Of a stretch of 64,000 nucleotides of DNA, positions 59,336 through 64,000 are shown in pieces. Both the position numbers and the translations under genes were made by a program. Each line of letters opens with the position of its first letter. Position 1 is the first letter of the stretch. A model generated the notes under the pieces. That model did no database searches. It had not been told where the DNA came from and saw only the letters and a list, made by a program, of their open reading frames with translations. Source of the DNA: Candidatus Omnitrophota bacterium. Lineage in GTDB: Bacteria; Omnitrophota; Gorgyraeia; Zapsychrales; Zapsychraceae. The DNA is taken from NCBI GenBank assembly GCA_035292445.1, contig DATDQB010000023.1, positions 25,533 through 89,532 of the forward strand, in the 5' to 3' direction.

Positions 59336-61366
59336 ATGAGAATACATCCAAAATTCACTTCCCGCAACGCCCAGGCCGCCTTGGAGTATATGCTTCTTTT
59401 AGCGGTTGTTGTGGCCATTGTGCTGGTCGGGCTACAAAATAAACTACCCCGGGCCAACCGTGCGACAGAACAGTATTTCAATGAAACGGCCAATATCATT
59501 ATGGGGCAAAACCCATCGAGCTCTTGTACAACGGGGGGCTGGACAGCTTGGACCGCCTGTAGCCTTCTTTGCGGATCCGGAGGAACGCAAACAAGAACGT
59601 GTACGGATACCTGCGGCAGCGGCTGCGCCCCGGATCAATACGGGTCTATCACTTCAAGGCCTTGTAATCAATTCCCTTGCCCGCCGGTTGATTGCCAGTG
59701 GGATCCGGCAGGATGGTCCGCCTGCCCTGCCTGCGTGAATCCGGGGCAACTCCCTACGCAGACAAGGCAATGTATATGTCCTCCTGCGCCTGTCGGGCAA
59801 AATTGTATAGGAGCGGCTTCACGAAACTGCAACTTTAATCTTTGTCCGACGCCGACGTGCGTGTGGGATCCTTGGTCGGCCTGTTCGCTTCCCTGCGGCG
59901 GCGGGGTTCAAACAAGGACATGTACTTGCCCGCCGGGTGTGCCTCCGGGGTCATACTGTCCCGCTGACGGCAACGGTCTGAGTTTAACCAGAGCGTGCAA
60001 TACACAAGGCTGTGATTGTTTGCCAACATCCGCTTCACCTACCTGTGGAGGACCCGTCACGATTCCGGCCAATAATCAGCCTGTTTCCAGCGGCTCGGTC
60101 GTTCAGGTTGCTTGTGGGACGGGGTGTCTGGGGTTTGTAACCTTTGCTTGCAATAGTGGCTTCTGGAATTTTGTCAGTGAGACGTGTACCGTTTCCTGCG
60201 GCAACAATGTCTGCGATGTGTCTGCGGGAGAGAATTCGACCAACTGTTGTCAGGATTGTCATGGGACACCGGCCTGCGGGGATACGGTTTGCTGCGCTGC
60301 CGGCGGGGAAGACCGGACAAACTGCTGTGCCGATTGTGCTAGCTGTGGAGATACTTTCTGTGACGCTCCCTGCGGGGAGAATTCGACGAATTGTTGCCAG
60401 GACTGCGGGGCGGGATGCGGCGATGGAATTTGTTGCTCGAGCGCAGAAACTAACACCAATTGTTGCGATTGCGTCAGCGTATTAACGACCGGCGACGGGC
60501 TCTGCTGCGCCAATACCGGCGAAGACGCGACCAATTCCTGCGATTGTGTCGCCGGCTTTAATTGCGGGGACGGTTTATGTTGCGCCGCAACAGGGGAAGA
60601 TATCAATACTTGTGTGGCCGATTGTTTGACTTGCCCAACTTTCGATGTCACGACGTGTGGAGGGATAGGGATGACAACCCTTCCGGCAGGCACCGCCAGC
60701 GGGACTTCCGTTAGTGTGCCCTGCGACGGCTGTTCGGGTTCTGTCACGGCTGATTGTGTTGCCGGGGGATGGACAAATATCGATGAGAGCAATTGTTGTT
60801 ACGATGGGCGCTGTTTCCAGCAGGCGGATTGTACTTCTTGTGAATCGCTTTCGTGCTGCGGGTGGTGCGATCCAAGTGATCCTAATAACCCCAGTCCAGG
60901 ATGCTGTAGTGAATTTAATTCGCCTTTAGGGACGTGCTCCGTGCCATGCATTAGCTGTTTTAGATGGGACGGAACCTGCTGTGACAGCATGAATGGGGGG
61001 AATGTCTCTGAATGTACGTTTTGCTCTGACAATGGGAATATGTATTGTACACCAACGGATTGTACGAATTTCTGTCCTAGTGCCCAAGCGGGATGTGGGG
61101 GAGGCAACGCTTGTTTATCTTTTGGGACATGTGTTGGCGGATTTTTTAATGGGGATGACTGTGTTGATCCAAATACGCCGCCGGGTTGTATTATGACACC
61201 TGGACAGGTATCCGATAGCCAATGTATGCTCAACGGCGGGACCTGCGGTGCTTGCTCTGGAGAGATTGGCCAGTTTTGTTCTGGCACGTCTTACTGTCCT
61301 TGTACGGGATGTTGTGATAGTGCTACATTTACATGCGAATTCTCCCCATCGTGTCTTCCACCCTAA
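59336..61366 (+). CDS. Cys-rich surface protein: class III (pilin-type) signal, TSP1-like repeats, CGDGxC repeats
   Basis: MRIHPKFTSRNAQAALEYMLLLAVVVAIVLVG; WTAWTACSLLCGSGGTQTRTC; WDPWSACSLPCGGGVQTRTC; several CG(D/N)xxC...E...NCC.DC units. Confidence 0.85.
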   Translation: MRIHPKFTSRNAQAALEYMLLLAVVVAIVLVGLQNKLPRANRATEQYFNETANIIMGQNPSSSCTTGGWTAWTACSLLCGSGGTQTRTCTDTCGSGCAPDQYGSITSRPCNQFPCPPVDCQWDPAGWSACPACVNPGQLPTQTRQCICPPAPVGQNCIGAASRNCNFNLCPTPTCVWDPWSACSLPCGGGVQTRTCTCPPGVPPGSYCPADGNGLSLTRACNTQGCDCLPTSASPTCGGPVTIPANNQPVSSGSVVQVACGTGCLGFVTFACNSGFWNFVSETCTVSCGNNVCDVSAGENSTNCCQDCHGTPACGDTVCCAAGGEDRTNCCADCASCGDTFCDAPCGENSTNCCQDCGAGCGDGICCSSAETNTNCCDCVSVLTTGDGLCCANTGEDATNSCDCVAGFNCGDGLCCAATGEDINTCVADCLTCPTFDVTTCGGIGMTTLPAGTASGTSVSVPCDGCSGSVTADCVAGGWTNIDESNCCYDGRCFQQADCTSCESLSCCGWCDPSDPNNPSPGCCSEFNSPLGTCSVPCISCFRWDGTCCDSMNGGNVSECTFCSDNGNMYCTPTDCTNFCPSAQAGCGGGNACLSFGTCVGGFFNGDDCVDPNTPPGCIMTPGQVSDSQCMLNGGTCGACSGEIGQFCSGTSYCPCTGCCDSATFTCEFSPSCLPP

Positions 61367-61385
61367 TTAGAATAAAATAAGTTAA

Positions 61386-61404
61386 TAAAGGTGCGACACC
61401 TTTA
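61386..61404. terminator. Hairpin between the convergent Cys-rich genes
   Basis: TAAAGGTG-CGA-CACCTTTA. Confidence 0.4.
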
Positions 61405-61423
61405 GGGGGATTTCCGTCACTTT

Positions 61424-64000
61424 TTAGGGGGGATCGCACCCATGGCATGTAATATTATCACCCAGGTCCACACAGCCGGAACCATGGCTTGAGCAATAGG
61501 TACCACAACCCCATGCTTGCGCGCCGGAGCAGTTCCAGGTAAAAGTACAGCGGCAAGGATCCGATGGGTTTGATGCCATACACCCCATTCCATACGGATC
61601 TGAGCAATTACAGACGCTAGCGCAGTTGGGCTCGGTTGGCGTGCAGCCCATACAATAAGGGGAAACACCAGGGGTTCCATCAGCGCAATCCGCGTCCTTG
61701 CCGCCGCAGTAGGTATCGCAACCCCATTTCTGGGCACCTGCGCAACTCCAACTCATACTGCACCAACAATTGGGATTGCTGTTTCCTGACATGCACATTC
61801 CCATAGAAAATGGGTCGCTGCAATCACAAAGGGTATCGTTACAGTCGACTTCTGGCGGTGGTGGTGGCGGCGGCGAACACGTATTCGAGTTAAATATCCA
61901 AGAACCATTATTACACGTATAACTGCATCCTCCGGAGTACCCAATGACACAAGAACCGCTTGAACCGTTGTGAGCAGTGGCAGCAAGATAGCAATCGTTT
62001 ATGATTGTTTCTGGACAAGGATTTCCACCGCTGCACACACCGCCGCTGCAGGTCCCGCTGGCGCAGAAAGTCCCGGTTGTCCCGCAGCTGTTGCCGCAGC
62101 TGTCATTGATAGGTGTTCCGCAAGAAATGGTTGAAGGATTAGCGCATTGGCTTGAGTTAAAGCCTGTTCCGAAAGTGCCGCAGAAGGTGCCACAGATATC
62201 ATATATGGGATCCCCGCAAGCCACCGATGAAGCGCTTGGACAAGAAGGCGAACCGCAATCTTGTGGACAGTCGCATTGGTCTTCTGGAGGATCGCAATTA
62301 CCGTCAGGACAGACGGGACCGATTTGTTGACACCAACACTGGCCTGTTCCATTATCTTCCGGGCAAGGATTACCGCCAGCACTCTGGCAAAGCATACCCC
62401 CGCAACACGGCCCTGGAGTAACATTACCGCAGGTGTTTCCGAGAGAGAGACAAGGACAACTACTACACTCACCCGTATAAGGAGGGCAGGGGCCGCTGCA
62501 TGAAGGGCATACGCCGGAGCCCGTGCAATTAGTTGTACAATCTGATGAGCGTGTGTATATCACCCCACAGTTGAGCCATCCACAGGCCGTGCAAGTGAAT
62601 TCATCATCGACACAAGTGTTATTCCAGGACCAAGAGCCGTTATCGCAGGTGGCTGAACAGTTGCCTATATCCGAACAAACACCCGAAACATTTTGACCAT
62701 CACTGTAAGTGCCGGGAGGTATGGAGCATTGTGTTTCGCCACCTCCGTCGCTTACTCCCCCTGAGCAGGTCGCTGAGCACGTATTCGAGCTGGGTGTTGT
62801 CCAGCTGCCATTATCGCATGTATAACTACAGGAACCACTATATCCACTGGCGCAGCTGCCGCTTGTGTTACCGGATGCAGTGCCGCCTGTTAAGTCGCAA
62901 TTACTGATGGTTGTTGCGCCACAAGGGTCCTTAGTTTTTGAGCACATCCCACTATTTGAGCCGCCACAACTTCCATCACAGCGCCATCTCCATTCAGCCG
63001 TAGTATCCGCATAGGCTCCGTCATTGGCCGTTCCAGCCGAGCATCCATTCTGAACGGCATTGTTGCAAACTCCGTTAAGAGGCGAGCACCCCGTGCAGTA
63101 CCAGTAATCGTCATCATTACACGCTACGGCGCAGGGGCCTTGGCATCCCCCTGAAGCGGCGCAAACTGCCGCGTCCGGAGTTATGCCCTTGGTGCCGCTG
63201 GCGCAGACACGTGAGCTACAGGTGATGCCATTACACCAATTAGACCCACACGTCGCCGAACAAGATGCGTTGGAATAAGAGCCGGATAAGCTCCCATTAT
63301 TACATGTCCTGGTCTGACTGCTACAGGAGCCGCTGCAAGTTTCAGAGGCATTCAGATACGCCGTGACACTGTTACCATGAGCTATGGTTCCCCCCCAAGG
63401 TAGATTGCAGGGAGCTGAACACGTATTCGAGCTGGGTGTTGTCCAGCTGCCATTATCGCATGTATAACTACAGGATCCAGTATAGCCACTGGCGCAGCCG
63501 CCGCTTGTGCTACCGGATGCAGTAGCTAATACGTCGCAATTACCATTAACAGTTGTTGCGCTACAAGGATTCTTAGTTTTTGAACACACGCCGCTGGGTG
63601 AACAGCCAAGCCCTTGAGGAGAATCATCACAATGCCATCTCCATTCCGCAGACGTATCACCATAAACTGAATTATTAGGCGTACCTTTGGTACAGCCGTC
63701 TACCACGCTGTTATCGCATTGACCATTGTCACACACCCCACAACTTGCCTCTGCGCCCGGACAAGTGGGAGAGCCCGTACAATGGGAAACGCTACAATAT
63801 GTTTTTCCATCATCACTACAAGTTGTACAATCTGTTGCTGGGCCACCGTCGCAGCATATTAGATTGCCGCCTGACGGCGCATCCCATCCAAGGCAGCTCA
63901 AACAGGTACAGGTGCCTCCGGAAGCGGTGTAGCCGTTGATACATGTGACAGCACAATGATCGCCTCCTCCTGGACAAGAAGAAACAGCTGTTGCCGTTCT
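61424..64000 (-). CDS. Large Cys-rich repeat protein (5' end outside the window)
   Basis: Frame stays open from 63901 to 64000 (RTATAVSSCPGGGDHCAVTC...). Cys/Gly/Ser/Thr-rich with repeated modules and a CNLPWGGTIAHG..VTAY motif. Confidence 0.85.
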   Translation of the reverse strand, partial: RTATAVSSCPGGGDHCAVTCINGYTASGGTCTCLSCLGWDAPSGGNLICCDGGPATDCTTCSDDGKTYCSVSHCTGSPTCPGAEASCGVCDNGQCDNSVVDGCTKGTPNNSVYGDTSAEWRWHCDDSPQGLGCSPSGVCSKTKNPCSATTVNGNCDVLATASGSTSGGCASGYTGSCSYTCDNGSWTTPSSNTCSAPCNLPWGGTIAHGNSVTAYLNASETCSGSCSSQTRTCNNGSLSGSYSNASCSATCGSNWCNGITCSSRVCASGTKGITPDAAVCAASGGCQGPCAVACNDDDYWYCTGCSPLNGVCNNAVQNGCSAGTANDGAYADTTAEWRWRCDGSCGGSNSGMCSKTKDPCGATTISNCDLTGGTASGNTSGSCASGYSGSCSYTCDNGSWTTPSSNTCSATCSGGVSDGGGETQCSIPPGTYSDGQNVSGVCSDIGNCSATCDNGSWSWNNTCVDDEFTCTACGWLNCGVIYTRSSDCTTNCTGSGVCPSCSGPCPPYTGECSSCPCLSLGNTCGNVTPGPCCGGMLCQSAGGNPCPEDNGTGQCWCQQIGPVCPDGNCDPPEDQCDCPQDCGSPSCPSASSVACGDPIYDICGTFCGTFGTGFNSSQCANPSTISCGTPINDSCGNSCGTTGTFCASGTCSGGVCSGGNPCPETIINDCYLAATAHNGSSGSCVIGYSGGCSYTCNNGSWIFNSNTCSPPPPPPPEVDCNDTLCDCSDPFSMGMCMSGNSNPNCWCSMSWSCAGAQKWGCDTYCGGKDADCADGTPGVSPYCMGCTPTEPNCASVCNCSDPYGMGCMASNPSDPCRCTFTWNCSGAQAWGCGTYCSSHGSGCVDLGDNITCHGCDPP
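62778..63475. repeat. Intragenic direct repeat (about 100-codon module, 642-bp offset)
   Basis: 56 identical nt at 62778-62833 and 63420-63475; similarity extends about 250 nt further. Confidence 0.9.

Noticed and set aside
62778-63530. Repeat pair as a DGR template/variable region
   Set aside because: Mismatches are not confined to adenines, both copies are in frame in one ORF, and there is no reverse transcriptase in the window.
59336-64000. Cys-rich proteins as multiheme cytochromes or recoded (Sec) proteins
   Set aside because: No repeated CxxCH motifs, and both frames are open under the standard code.

Overview
Origin-proximal, almost entirely plus-strand housekeeping region of a bacterium. 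Gene content and order suggest Candidatus Omnitrophota/OP3 or another PVC-type anaerobe, but this is an inference, not a lookup. Order: truncated jag, two parS sites, parAB, ndk, yicC, gmk, rpoZ, coaC, tRNA-Cys/Leu/Val, thrS, infC (AUU start), rpmI, rplT, pheST, 6S RNA, rarA, 5-FCL, rny, ymdB, PilZ, gltX, a small lipoprotein/HTTM/PG-binding block, sucCD, a DRTGG protein, nqrA-F and a convergent nqrM missed by the ORF track. Next comes a nitrogen/glutamine cluster (GAF-GAF-ANTAR regulator, amtB, glnK, GSIII glnA, GATase, Gln-dependent nadE, a stand-alone Fis/NtrC HTH, gltBD), then glpKD, DUF4139, carAB, purF, pyrG, tRNA-Leu, rpe and two convergent, very Cys-rich surface-protein genes. The most interesting signal is a dense ANTAR RNA network beside the ANTAR gene: three near-identical promoters, five attenuating terminators, about 13 C-RNNGNN-G hexaloop hairpins (two of them forming the terminator apex itself), a terminator-free hairpin triplet that may be a decoy, and two unannotated small ORFs. 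Also notable: three 7-nt-period palindromes with different units, a REP palindrome in frame inside glpK, tRNA-Leu 3'-end duplications separated by hairpins, and a pilin-signal/thrombospondin Cys-rich protein.
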